Of a stretch of DNA of 64,000 bases, positions 29,134-39,056 are shown one piece after another. Position numbers and translations under genes: made by a program. The notes under the pieces were generated by a model, which made no database searches, had not been told where the DNA came from, and worked only from the letters and a program-made list of their open reading frames with translations. Position 1 is the stretch's first letter; the number at the start of each line of letters is the position of its first letter. The DNA is from an uncultured delta proteobacterium (GTDB lineage: Bacteria; Desulfobacterota; WTBG01): assembly GCA_963793865.1 (NCBI GenBank), contig CAWCBP010000008.1, positions 544,001 to 608,000 on the forward strand, in the 5' to 3' direction.

Positions 29134-30282
29134 CTACCGCGGGTGGCGGCGCTTGAGATACCCTTCAATCCGGTCCATGCCTTCCTTGATGTTATCGAGG
29201 GAATTGGCATAGGAAAAGCGAAGGTACCCCTCGGCATTTTTACCAAAATCAATGCCCGGGGTCACCCCCACCCTGGCTTCCTCGAGAATGCTGAAGGCAA
29301 GCGACAGGGAATCGCCGGAAAATTGCCTGGCGTTGGCAAGGACATAAAATGCCCCGGTGGGCTCAACGCCGATGCCGAAGCCGAGCTCGCGCAGACGGGG
29401 AATGATATACCGCCGCCTGGCATCGAGGGTCTGCTTCATCTGCTCAACGTCCTGCCCGGCATATTTGAGCGCCGCCACACCGGCCCATTGCACGAAGGCA
29501 TTGGCCGAAATAAAAAAGTTCTGGTGCATTTTCTGCAGGGGGCGGATGAATGCCTCAGGCACAATGATGTAGCCCAGGCGCCAGCCGGTCATGGCATACA
29601 GCTTGGAGAAACCGTTGATGACAAAGCAGCGGTCGGTAAACTCCAGCATCGAATGCTCCCTGCCTTCGTAGACCAGGCCGTGATAGATTTCGTCGGAAAT
29701 AATGTAAGGCGATAGCCTGCTGAGCTCCTGCATGCGCTCCGGGTCAAGCACCGTGCCGGTGGGGTTGGCAGGCGAGTTGACCAGGACGGCCCTGGTGCGC
29801 TTTCCGATTGTGCGGGCGACGTCTTCGGGGCGGTAGTGAAAACCATCCTCTTCCCGCACATCGACATAGCGGGGGACGCCGTCGGCAAGGAGGATAAAGT
29901 TTGGATAGCAGGCATAGTGAGGATCGGGGAGAATGATGTTGTCCCCTTTCTCCAGCAGGGAAAAGCAGGCGAGCAGCATGGCCGGTGACGTGCCCGAGGT
30001 GACAAGGATCTGATCGGGGTGGACGGTGACGTTGTAGCGGTCCCGGTAGTATTCGGCGATGGCCTCCCGCAGTTCAATGAGTCCCAGGCTGTGGGTGTAG
30101 CGCGTCTTGCCCGAGCTGATGGCCTCAAAGGCTGCGTCCTTGATGCATTGGGGGGTGTCAAAATCCAGCTCGCCCACCTCAAGATGGATAACGTGCTCAC
30201 CCCGCCGTTCCATCTCGGCGGCCTTTTCCATCACTTCCATGACCAGGAAGGGTTCTATGGCTGATGATTTTTTAGAGATCAT
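29134..30282 (-). CDS. PLP-dependent aminotransferase class I/II
   Basis: LEVGE, NSPANPTG, SDEIY, GFSKLYAMTGWRLG. Confidence 0.93.
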   Translation of the reverse strand: MISKKSSAIEPFLVMEVMEKAAEMERRGEHVIHLEVGELDFDTPQCIKDAAFEAISSGKTRYTHSLGLIELREAIAEYYRDRYNVTVHPDQILVTSGTSPAMLLACFSLLEKGDNIILPDPHYACYPNFILLADGVPRYVDVREEDGFHYRPEDVARTIGKRTRAVLVNSPANPTGTVLDPERMQELSRLSPYIISDEIYHGLVYEGREHSMLEFTDRCFVINGFSKLYAMTGWRLGYIIVPEAFIRPLQKMHQNFFISANAFVQWAGVAALKYAGQDVEQMKQTLDARRRYIIPRLRELGFGIGVEPTGAFYVLANARQFSGDSLSLAFSILEEARVGVTPGIDFGKNAEGYLRFSYANSLDNIKEGMDRIEGYLKRRHPR

Positions 30283-30480
30283 AGGATGTCTTATCCTGTC
30301 CTGCAGGGCGTTTGGAAGGAATGTATCGTTTTGCAAAGGCGGATGTCAAGCTTTTGTTGCGGGCCGCATGTGAGGCGATGTGCAGCACATGCGCCGCTTT
30401 CCACTATGACATTGACTTTGCCATGCTGATTTAATAGTATGCGGCCTGATGCGAAAAAGCGCGCCCGGGAGGGATAAAAG

Positions 30481-31047
30481 ATGAGACTGATCATTGCCAT
30501 TACCGGAGCAAGCGGAAGCATTTACGGCATCCGCCTGCTCGAATGTTTAAGCGCCAGGAAGGACATTGAAACCCACCTGGTCATGAGCATTACTGCGGGG
30601 ACGGTCATACCCTACGAAACTGCGTATACGCATGTTGATCAGGTAAAACGACTGGCTACCTTCTGTTACCCGGATGATGATCTCACCGCGCCCGTTGCCA
30701 GCGGGACGTTTCTTACCGACGGCATGATCGTGGCCCCCTGCAGCGCCAAGACCCTTTCCGCGGTGGCCCACGGGTATGGCGCGACGCTCATCGCCCGGGC
30801 GGCGGATGTCTGCCTGAAGGAGCGCAGAAAGCTGGCGCTGGTTTTCCGCGAGACCCCGCTGACCCTGGCCCACATTGATAATATGAAGCGCGTGACCGCC
30901 ATGGGGGGTATGGTTGTGCCGCCCCTCCCGGGCTTTTATACCAGGCCTAAAACGGTTGATGAGATTATTAATCACTCGGTGGGGAAGATTCTGGATCTGT
31001 TCGGCATCGAGCATGATCTTTTCCGCCGGTGGGGGGAAAAGTCCTAG
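30481..31047 (+). CDS. ubiX: Flavin prenyltransferase
   Basis: ITGASG, ASG, APCS, RAADVCLKERR, RETP. Confidence 0.95.
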   Translation: MRLIIAITGASGSIYGIRLLECLSARKDIETHLVMSITAGTVIPYETAYTHVDQVKRLATFCYPDDDLTAPVASGTFLTDGMIVAPCSAKTLSAVAHGYGATLIARAADVCLKERRKLALVFRETPLTLAHIDNMKRVTAMGGMVVPPLPGFYTRPKTVDEIINHSVGKILDLFGIEHDLFRRWGEKS

Positions 31048-31143
31048 CAGGTTGTTGAAAAACACCCATCTGAGTTGTAGCTCAAAAGCCCCTCCCCCTT
31101 GAGCCTTTGACAGCCTGGGAAAATGCTTTTAAAAAAAACTGCT
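31045..31143. repeat. MITE-like element (short subfamily)
   Basis: tagcaggttgttgaaaaacacccatctg start shared with the 150-bp element. Internal segment shared with the 14694 copy. Confidence 0.7.
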
Positions 31144-31255
31144 CGATTTCAGGCATCAGGTGCCGGATTTCCCCCTTGACAATAACCGGCTGGTGTGTAA
31201 TTGTTTTTTCCCTCTCAAGCCTTTTGGCTCAGCGAATTGAAAAGGAGCTTGATCT

Positions 31256-32476
31256 ATGTCCAGGAAGAAGATCTACGAGAGAACCCTTGAGGATTACCGG
31301 GAGCAGGCATGGGGTGATGCGCGCTGCAACTGGTGCCAGAACCAGTGGGGATGGAATGTCAAGAGCAGCAAGTACAGCGAGATCTGCCCCGAGTTTCGCT
31401 ACAAGCGCTTCGCGGCCTACAGCGGCATGGGCAAATTTCACATCATCCGGGCCCTGCTGGAGGGTGATTTCGATTACACCGATTCCGAAGCCCTGGTGGA
31501 TATTGCCTACCGCTGCACCTCCTGCGGCGCCTGCGAGATGAACTGCCTGCGGCTCACTGAGAAGGAACCTCTGAAGGCGGGAGAGGCTTTGAAAACACGG
31601 CTGATTGAAAAGGGCCTGGCGCCACTTCCGGCGCACAAGGAGCTCATCGCCAGCATAAAGAATTACGACAATCCCTGGAAGCAGCCCCGGGCGCAGAAGG
31701 CGCAGTGGGCCAAGGGACTCAACCTGAAAGATGCCAATAAGGAGAAGTGCCCCACCCTGTTCTTCGCCGGATGCACGCCTGCATTTGATCCCCTCCTGAA
31801 GCATGACATCGTCAACTCGGCGCAGGTGCTGAAAAATTCAGGCGTCGATATAGGGGTTTTTGCGGAAACGGAAATTTGCTGCGGCAGCCCCGCCATCCGT
31901 CTGGGGGACCGGGAGACGTTTTTCTCCGTGGTTAAAAGAAATATTGAGCAGTTTGCCAAGGCGGGGGTAAAGGAAATTATCACCCAGTGCGCGGGCTGCT
32001 ATCACGTGCTGAAATACGATTTTCCGGAAGTCCCCGGCATGCCGGAAATAAATTTCAAGGTGTACCATATCTCCGAATACCTGGACCGATTGGTCAAGGA
32101 GGGCACCATCACCTTTAAGCGGGAAGTACCCCTGACCGTAACCTGGCATGATCCCTGCCATATTGGCCGGCATTGCGGAATTTATGAAGAGCCGCGGAAC
32201 ATTTTGAAGGCCATCCCGGGCATTACCCTGGTTGAGATGGAGCGGATTAAGGACCAGGGCTGGTGCTGCGGTGCGGGGGGCGGCGTGCGGGCTGCGTTCC
32301 CTGATTTTGCCTATAAGGTCGCGGCAGAGCGGATTGAAGAGGCGAAAGAGACCGGCGCGGAAGCCATCGTAACCTGCTGCCCGTACTGCGAGCAGAACCT
32401 GGCTGATCCCCTGCGGGCGGAGGGCGAGCAGATGAAGATCTATGATCTGACCGACCTCATGCTGCAGTCGATGTAA
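31256..32476 (+). CDS. Fe-S oxidoreductase with CCG domains (HdrD/GlpC-like)
   Basis: CTSCGACEMNC, FFAGC, ICCG, HDPCHIGR, CCGAGGG, CPYC. Confidence 0.9.
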   Translation: MSRKKIYERTLEDYREQAWGDARCNWCQNQWGWNVKSSKYSEICPEFRYKRFAAYSGMGKFHIIRALLEGDFDYTDSEALVDIAYRCTSCGACEMNCLRLTEKEPLKAGEALKTRLIEKGLAPLPAHKELIASIKNYDNPWKQPRAQKAQWAKGLNLKDANKEKCPTLFFAGCTPAFDPLLKHDIVNSAQVLKNSGVDIGVFAETEICCGSPAIRLGDRETFFSVVKRNIEQFAKAGVKEIITQCAGCYHVLKYDFPEVPGMPEINFKVYHISEYLDRLVKEGTITFKREVPLTVTWHDPCHIGRHCGIYEEPRNILKAIPGITLVEMERIKDQGWCCGAGGGVRAAFPDFAYKVAAERIEEAKETGAEAIVTCCPYCEQNLADPLRAEGEQMKIYDLTDLMLQSM

Positions 32477-32700
32477 GCGGGGCGTCTCCTGCCGAAGCGG
32501 CTGATGGATTTGGAAAATTAAAACCTCATTGACGGTAATCAATCCGTGCATGAGGTTTTTTTCTTGAACAGCAAAAAAGCGTCAGAGGCTGCTTCTACTT
32601 TGTAATTCCACTTAGTCAACAACGTCCCCAAAACTGATGAGATGTAGTATATGGGATGAGAGACGAGGGCAAAGGGCAGGGGCTTGAGTGATGAAAATTG

Positions 32701-32725
32701 GTAGGGGCGACCGGCCGGTCGCCCT
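32701..32725. repeat. GTAG-type REP palindrome (partial)
   Basis: gtaggggcgaccggccggtcgccct. Confidence 0.8.
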
Positions 32726-32726
32726 T

Positions 32727-34880
32727 TTAAGGCCGGCTGATGAGCACCACCAGGCTGCGGGATTGAGCGGTATATTTTTTGCCGGCCTTTATTTCTTTGC
32801 CTGCCCGGAGGATGTCCTTCGGAGCGGGCTGGGCGGTATCTATCATACACCACCAGCTTTTCCCTGAAGGAGGCCGGGGCAGAGAAAAGGCGAGGGGTGT
32901 GGCGGCGGCATTGAAGATGAGATAGAAATCGCTGTCATCCTGCGGCGCACCGGTCTCTTCCTTCCTTCCGCTGATCAGGCATGCCAGCGAACTTCCTGCC
33001 TTGTCCCAGTCGGGCTTCATGCCGGAATAGGTGAACCAGCTGATGTCGGGAATGCCATCCCGGTCGTGGTCCGCACCTGAAAAGAAGTGCGCTCGCCTCA
33101 GCGCGCCGTGCTGCTTTCTCATCCCGATAAGCTCTTTGGTGAAGCGGAAGATCTCTTCATGTGGTTCCAGCAAATCCCAGTTGAGCCAGGAGATTCCGTT
33201 GTCCTGGCAGTAGGCATTGTTATTGCCTCCCTGGGTTCTCCTGAACTCATCCCCTCCCAGCAGCATGGGGACGCCCTGGGAGAGCATGAGGGTGGCTAAA
33301 AAATTCTTGATCTGCCGGATGCGCATGGCGTTAACGGCGCTGTCGGCGGTTTCACCTTCGATCCCGTAATTGCAGCTGAAGTTATCATCGCTGCCGTCCA
33401 GGTTGTTTTCCCCGTTGGCCAGGTTGTGCTTGCCGGCATAGCTTACCACGTCATGGAGCGTAAACCCGTCATGGCAGGTCACGAAGTTGACGCTGTGGAA
33501 CGGCGCCCTGCCGCTGGTCTGAAACAGGTCCGAGCTTCCGGTCAGCCGGGTCGCGAGATGAGGTGTCATCCCCTCATCCCCCCGCCAGAATCGCCGGACA
33601 TCGTCACGAAAATGGCCGTTCCATTCAGCCCATCTGCCGGGGAAGCGTCCCACCTGGTAAGCCCCGCCGGCGTCCCATGCCTCGGCGATGATTTTGGTGT
33701 TTCTTAAAACAGGGTTTTCGGCAATGCGTTGAATCAGGGGAGGATTTTCAAGCATGTTGCCGTCCTGGTCTCGTCCCAGAATTGAGGCCAGGTCAAAACG
33801 GAATCCGTCCACGTGCATCTCGATCACCCAGTAGTGGAGGCAATCAATAATAAACTCCCTCAGCAGCGGGTGGTTGCAGTTCAAGGTGTTTCCGCATCCT
33901 GAATAGTTTTTGTAGCGCCTCCCGCCGTCATCGAGCAGGTAGTAGATGGTGTTGTCCAGTCCGCGGAAGCACAGAGTCGGTCCGGTCTCGTTTCCTTCGG
34001 AAGTATGATTGAACACCACGTCCAGAATTACCTCGATGCCGGCGCGGTGGAGTTCCTTCACCATCCCCTTGAATTCCCGCACCTGCTCGCCCATGCTGCC
34101 GCTGCTGCTGTATCGCCCCTTGGGGGCAAAGAAGCTCATGGTACTGTAACCCCAGTAGTTACAGAGCTTCTCCCCGGTAAGGGGATTGGTTTTCATGATC
34201 TCACGTTCATCAAACTCCTGGATGGGAAGCAGCTCCACCGCGGTGATGCCCAGCTCCTTGAGGTAGGGTATCTTTTCAATGACTCCGAGAAAGGTCCCGG
34301 GGTGGTTCACCTTCGCGCTGGGATGGCAGGTCAGTCCGCGGACATGCATCTCATAAATGATGGTATCCTTCAAGGATATGTTTAACGGGCGGTCCCCCTC
34401 CCAGTTGAAGTCATTTCCCATCACAATGCATTTGGGCGCCCCGCCCGCGCTGTCGGTGGTGGAAAACGAAAGATCACCGTCGGGAGAATTACTATCGTAC
34501 CCGCGCGCATCCGAAAGGTTCCAGTTGAAGTTGCCGGTCACTGCCCGGGCGTACGGGTCGAGCAGGAGCTTGTTTTTATTGAAGCGCATGCCTTCACGGG
34601 GCCGGTAGGGACCGTCAGCCCGGTAACCATAGAGCTGGCCCGCGGCGAGCCCCTCAACAAAAATATGCCAGATATCCCCGGTTTTATTGACCCGGGGATG
34701 GAGTGGAATTTCAGCCGCGGGAGATCTGTCTGCGGATGCGGCAAACAGCTGCAGGGTGATTGCGGTAGCATGACGGCTGAAGATTGCAAACTGCACCCCC
34801 CGGTCACGAAGGGTTGCGCCCAAAGGCAGCGGCTTGCCGGGCGTGGTCACCAGTTGTTTTCCCTTCTCCTGTGCGTTCAT
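32727..34880 (-). CDS. glgX: Glycogen debranching enzyme / isoamylase
   Basis: LLLDPYA, YEMHVRG, NYWGYS, DVVFNHT, GFRFDLA, IAEAWD, FVTCHDGFTL, NNNAYCQDN. Confidence 0.96.
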   Translation of the reverse strand: MNAQEKGKQLVTTPGKPLPLGATLRDRGVQFAIFSRHATAITLQLFAASADRSPAAEIPLHPRVNKTGDIWHIFVEGLAAGQLYGYRADGPYRPREGMRFNKNKLLLDPYARAVTGNFNWNLSDARGYDSNSPDGDLSFSTTDSAGGAPKCIVMGNDFNWEGDRPLNISLKDTIIYEMHVRGLTCHPSAKVNHPGTFLGVIEKIPYLKELGITAVELLPIQEFDEREIMKTNPLTGEKLCNYWGYSTMSFFAPKGRYSSSGSMGEQVREFKGMVKELHRAGIEVILDVVFNHTSEGNETGPTLCFRGLDNTIYYLLDDGGRRYKNYSGCGNTLNCNHPLLREFIIDCLHYWVIEMHVDGFRFDLASILGRDQDGNMLENPPLIQRIAENPVLRNTKIIAEAWDAGGAYQVGRFPGRWAEWNGHFRDDVRRFWRGDEGMTPHLATRLTGSSDLFQTSGRAPFHSVNFVTCHDGFTLHDVVSYAGKHNLANGENNLDGSDDNFSCNYGIEGETADSAVNAMRIRQIKNFLATLMLSQGVPMLLGGDEFRRTQGGNNNAYCQDNGISWLNWDLLEPHEEIFRFTKELIGMRKQHGALRRAHFFSGADHDRDGIPDISWFTYSGMKPDWDKAGSSLACLISGRKEETGAPQDDSDFYLIFNAAATPLAFSLPRPPSGKSWWCMIDTAQPAPKDILRAGKEIKAGKKYTAQSRSLVVLISRP

Positions 34881-34986
34881 GCCTTCACTATATCATGTTG
34901 CGGAGGATAACGGTAGGACGTTTTTGAATTCGTCAGTGCGGTCGGGATGGCAGGTTATAAGCGGCTATGGCGGGTTCTCGATTACT

Positions 34987-35724
34987 CTAAACGGCCTGCA
35001 GGTAACAAGAGGCATCAGGCCGGTAGGCTAAAGGATTTTCCTGGATGATGGAGTTAACCCCTTCCTGCATCGTCCGTATCCGGCCCTCGGGGTACGGCGC
35101 TATTGCCCTGCAGCCGGGATCAAGGGTGTGAGCGGGGCTGAACTGCTGCAGGGTAAACTTTTTCGCACCCTTAAGCTCATGAGCCATGCGCATAATATCT
35201 TCCTCATTAAGGAAGGTCGGTGCCACGGTTACCCTGAACTCGCAGGGAAGATGGCTTGCTTTGAGCAGATTGACGCTCTCCGCGATTTTTGACAGGTCAA
35301 CCGTTACACCGCTGCAGCGTGCATATGATTCCCGATCCAGGGGCGCCTTGACGTCCATGGCGACATAGTCAACCAGGCGCGCATTGATAAGGTGCTCTAA
35401 TATATGGGGATGCGATCCATTGGTATCCAATTTTACCAGCATCCCCTCCTGCCTGATGCTCTCGATAAGCTCCGGCAAAGCGGGTAACAGGGTGGGTTCT
35501 CCGCCGGTAATACACACGCCGTCGATCCAGCCCCGGTAGTTTCTCAGCGTTTTCAGGATATGATGGAAGGGCACCGTGGGGAACTGTTCGGGATCAATGA
35601 CAAGCTCATAATTGTGGCAGTAGGGACAGCGGAAGTTGCAACGGGGGAGAAACAGCACCGATGCTATTTTCCCCGGCCAGTCAACAAAGGATGTTTCCAG
35701 GAAACCTTTTACGGGGAAGTCCAT
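34987..35724 (-). CDS. nrdG: Anaerobic ribonucleotide reductase activating enzyme
   Basis: SFVDWPG, CNFRCPYCHN, ITGGEP, KLDTNGS; downstream of nrdD. Confidence 0.92.
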   Translation of the reverse strand: MDFPVKGFLETSFVDWPGKIASVLFLPRCNFRCPYCHNYELVIDPEQFPTVPFHHILKTLRNYRGWIDGVCITGGEPTLLPALPELIESIRQEGMLVKLDTNGSHPHILEHLINARLVDYVAMDVKAPLDRESYARCSGVTVDLSKIAESVNLLKASHLPCEFRVTVAPTFLNEEDIMRMAHELKGAKKFTLQQFSPAHTLDPGCRAIAPYPEGRIRTMQEGVNSIIQENPLAYRPDASCYLQAV

Positions 35725-35779
35725 GGATTAAGCTCTGAGAAGGATTCCTTGCTGTGATATGCGGGAAAACAAGGTCTAT

Positions 35780-35807
35780 GCAGGGGCGACCGGCCGGTCG
35801 CCCCTAC
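35780..35807. repeat. GTAG-type REP palindrome
   Basis: gcaggggcgaccggccggtcgcccctac. Confidence 0.85.
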
Positions 35808-35847
35808 AGGTGCATACGAATCACGGGGAAAACAGGCTCTGCCGCCC

Positions 35848-36108
35848 TTATCGCGCCAGGGCGTTTCTTACCTGCTGGACGGTGGGAACCATGCCGCGGA
35901 AATCCGCCAGCATTGTTTCGTTGTCATCCTCGATGATCATGGTAGGCGTGGAAAGTATTCCGTAGTACGAGGCTTCAGCCAGACCGTCCGCCGTGTCCAG
36001 GTCATAACACTGTACCCGCAGACCTTCCTGGGTTAACCGTGAACCCACTTCTTTCGCCGAAGGACACAGCCCGCATCCCTCTTTTACAAACAGCTTTATT
36101 ATTTCCAT
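35848..36108 (-). CDS. Thioredoxin/NrdH-like redoxin
   Basis: CGLC active site, 'GILSTPT' cis-Pro segment, 86 aa, between nrdD and nrdG. Confidence 0.85.
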   Translation of the reverse strand: MEIIKLFVKEGCGLCPSAKEVGSRLTQEGLRVQCYDLDTADGLAEASYYGILSTPTMIIEDDNETMLADFRGMVPTVQQVRNALAR

Positions 36109-36294
36109 TGTTTTGCAATCCCCCCTCTGCAGTGCGCAGTCAGCCTGCAGTAAATAGAAAAGATGAAGAGAGACTTCGCTTTCTCAATTCAGAAGTCGGC
36201 AGGTCAGAATTTAGAAGTCTACGTTCGAATATTTTTGATTTGTATCTGAAAACTCTTATTCTTACTGACTCCTGGCTTCTGACTCCTTCTGCTT

Positions 36295-38403
36295 TCAGAA
36301 GTACCCCTGATTTTTGAACCGGTCTTTCAATTCCCCCAGCTTGCCCTTATTCCAGCTGGAGATCTTGGTAAAGTAGCCGGTTATTCTGGTAATGCCTTCG
36401 ACCTTGTCCGAACTGCATGCCGGGCACACCTCCTTCAGCCCCCGGGTAGTCACCCCGCAGTGCAGGCAGTTGGTAAATTCCGGGGAGAAGGTTATCTGGT
36501 CGTTTAACGATTCCCTGAAGGTTTTAATCACGAAGTTGGCAAGAGATTCCTTCGAGGGGTGCGACTCCCCCAGCCAGATGTGGGTGAGCGCGCCTGCCTC
36601 GATACGGGGGTGGAACAGGCCCTCCTTGATTACCCGGTCAATGGGATTCATGCGGGCTGAAACGGCAAAGGCGGTGGAATTGGTGTAATAGGCCTCTCCG
36701 GCGTCAAGGGCGCCTTTCACGAACTGTTCTGCCCGGGGTGAATAATATTTTAAATCGAGCCGGGCAAACCGGTAGGAGGTGCTTTCAGCCGGAGTCTGCT
36801 CCAGGACAAATCTCATCCCGTGCTCCTTGCTCAGCTTCTTTGCCAGCAGATCCATCTGGGAAATGACCTTCAAACCGAATTTGAACGCCCGGTTGCTTTC
36901 ATGGAGCTCTTCGCCGGTGTGTATGTGGACGAGCTCATTTAAGCCCAGCATGCCGATAAGATAGCTGGCCCGTCGCATCCTGAGATACGGCGTTCCGTCC
37001 TTGTCCATGGTGAGCAGTGACAGCGGGCTTTTTTCTCCATGGGCAAGCAGCTGCTCAATAAACGCCTTCTTTTCCTCGTGCGCCTGAACCGCCAAATCCA
37101 TCAGGTCGGATATCCGCGCGAAGAGCACCTCGTCATCGCCATTGCTCAGGTAGCCCAGGCGCGGCAGGTTCAGGGTGACGTTTTGCAGCGCGGAGTAGCG
37201 CATTCTCCAGGGCTCACGGGCATCGCTTAAATCCTGGTCGTCCAGCTTGAAGCTCAGCCGGCAGCACTCCGAAATCTTGGCGGTTCTTCCCCGGTCAAAA
37301 ACGAAGTAGGTGTTGCCCTTATCCCCGGCGACATCACAGATGTGATTGAGGAAATCTTCGTGCCCTTCAGTGGCAAAAAACTTTTCAGTGATGTGCACCA
37401 GCGGCTTGGGGAAGAAGAAGGGCCTGCCCGTGCCATCTCCCTCTTTGTACACGTCAAAGAGCGCCCAGACAAATTTCTGCGACTCCTTCCGGTATCCCTC
37501 GTAGGTTTTGCCGGTGTAGGTCCCGCCGGGTCCGATGGCCGGCACATCCTCAAAGTGCTTGGGCACCTCCCAGTAGAGGTTTATGTCGGAGAAAATCGCC
37601 TGGCCCCCCCGCGCCACGGCCTGCTGGGAAAACTCGAAAATGAGCATCTGGGCCAGCTGTTTGATCTCCCGGTCACTCAGATCAACCAGGTAGGGTGCAA
37701 AGAAGATATTGACGGCATCCCAACCGATGGCGCCCGCGAAATTGCTCTGGAGGGCGGCCGCGAACTTGACCATGTGAGCGAGGAGCACCTCGGGGTGCTT
37801 GGCGGGCCTGGCGATGGAGAGGGCGTTGGGCAGGTTGAGGCCGAATTTCTTGATATATTCGAGCGACTGGCCGGAACAATAAGGCCGGTCAACAAAACCC
37901 AGGTCGTGCAGGTGGATGTCGCCGCGCATGTGCGCGTCGCCGATGGGCTGTGAAAAGACGCTGAGCAGCGCGTATTCTTTTTTGATGTTTTCCGCCAGGG
38001 TCAGATTGGTTCCCTCGGGACCGTGGGGGACATTCGCGTTCTCTTTGTTGGGGTGAAGGATGAATTGATCGACGTCATAGAGCGGCACGCCCAGCCTGGT
38101 GTGCATCTTGCGGGCCTTCTCAAGACCCTTCGAGATGAGCTGCGCGTTTACCAGCTCCCGGATGAGGGGCGCGGTGATAAGTGAAATCCTGGAGGATACG
38201 ATCAGGTCCTGCACTTCCCGGCTTATTTCTTCGGCGGTGGGCTGATCGAGGCAGGTTTCTTTCAGGAGGGCATCAACTATTCTTTGACGGTTCCAGAAGG
38301 CCATGTCCTCATCAGATGTTCTGACGAAGAGGGCCATGTCGGTTGTTTCATCCAAAAAAAAATTTTTTTTCGCGCGGCTGTCGCTCTCCTCTCTTATTGA
38401 CAC
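36295..38403 (-). CDS. nrdD: Class III anaerobic ribonucleoside-triphosphate reductase with ATP cone
   Basis: IHLHDL, ECCRL finger loop, TLNLPR, TPAEST, YYTNS, CxxC...CxxC, RITGY glycyl-radical motif. Confidence 0.97.
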   Translation of the reverse strand: MSIREESDSRAKKNFFLDETTDMALFVRTSDEDMAFWNRQRIVDALLKETCLDQPTAEEISREVQDLIVSSRISLITAPLIRELVNAQLISKGLEKARKMHTRLGVPLYDVDQFILHPNKENANVPHGPEGTNLTLAENIKKEYALLSVFSQPIGDAHMRGDIHLHDLGFVDRPYCSGQSLEYIKKFGLNLPNALSIARPAKHPEVLLAHMVKFAAALQSNFAGAIGWDAVNIFFAPYLVDLSDREIKQLAQMLIFEFSQQAVARGGQAIFSDINLYWEVPKHFEDVPAIGPGGTYTGKTYEGYRKESQKFVWALFDVYKEGDGTGRPFFFPKPLVHITEKFFATEGHEDFLNHICDVAGDKGNTYFVFDRGRTAKISECCRLSFKLDDQDLSDAREPWRMRYSALQNVTLNLPRLGYLSNGDDEVLFARISDLMDLAVQAHEEKKAFIEQLLAHGEKSPLSLLTMDKDGTPYLRMRRASYLIGMLGLNELVHIHTGEELHESNRAFKFGLKVISQMDLLAKKLSKEHGMRFVLEQTPAESTSYRFARLDLKYYSPRAEQFVKGALDAGEAYYTNSTAFAVSARMNPIDRVIKEGLFHPRIEAGALTHIWLGESHPSKESLANFVIKTFRESLNDQITFSPEFTNCLHCGVTTRGLKEVCPACSSDKVEGITRITGYFTKISSWNKGKLGELKDRFKNQGYF

Positions 38404-38445
38404 AGCAATTCCCCCCTTGTTAGCTTATTTTGTTATGGAGGGAAG

Positions 38446-38472
38446 GTTATACCACGACATATAGTGTGTCAA
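38446..38472 (-). promoter_or_regulatory. nrdD promoter with NrdR box in the spacer
   Basis: TTGACA-[cactatatgtcgtgg]-TATAAC (15-bp spacer, TGn extended -10). NrdR box acaCTATATGTCGtgg at 38452-38467. Confidence 0.8.
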
Positions 38473-38845
38473 GGCAAAAAAATAAAAAAATAATTTCTCC
38501 AGTTTTTTCGGGCAGAAAGGGTGTAATGTGTCACAATTCATGCAGTATGATTTGTGCTCCGAGCACGGTGATTCTTCTAAGGTCAGTCTTCTGGTACAAT
38601 CTCATCATCGCGCTCGGCAGCAGTGAAAAACGCAGTCGCATTACCATGGACGCCCGCGGGATTATAAATCAGGGCACGACGAACAACTGTGGTCTTTGTG
38701 TGCCCGCCGCGCCGTTCAGGGAGATAAAATTATGGATCAACTCTTGAAGCTGTTTTACCGGCAAACAGGGGCGGTTGTTTTTTATTGGTAAGATTACCGG
38801 GGATTTGCTATACATATGACACCGTAAGTGCCATAGGAGGAGTCA

Positions 38846-38899
38846 GTGAAATGTAAACTGTGTGATCCTCACCCCATTCCCGGGTCATGTGTGATTTGA
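38846..38899 (+). CDS. Candidate 17-aa Cys-rich peptide/leader (MKCKLCDPHPIPGSCVI)
   Basis: AGGAGG 5 nt before a GTG; overlaps a long hairpin plus T-run. Confidence 0.3.
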   Translation: MKCKLCDPHPIPGSCVI

Positions 38900-38917
38900 G
38901 AAGAGGTGAGGTTTTTT
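38867..38917 (+). terminator. Long hairpin with U-tract
   Basis: cctcacc...ggtgagg followed by tttttt, with further internal pairing. Confidence 0.5.
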
Positions 38918-39056
38918 ATGGGAGGGATCATAAGCGGAAAATCAATTCAAATCCCTTTTTGCCGAGGCGGTTTCAGCGTGCACGTACCATCACCATGGCG
39001 TAAAACCGCCTCCTGATATTTAGAGAAAAATTCCTTGCATTGAATAAAGGTGATGT

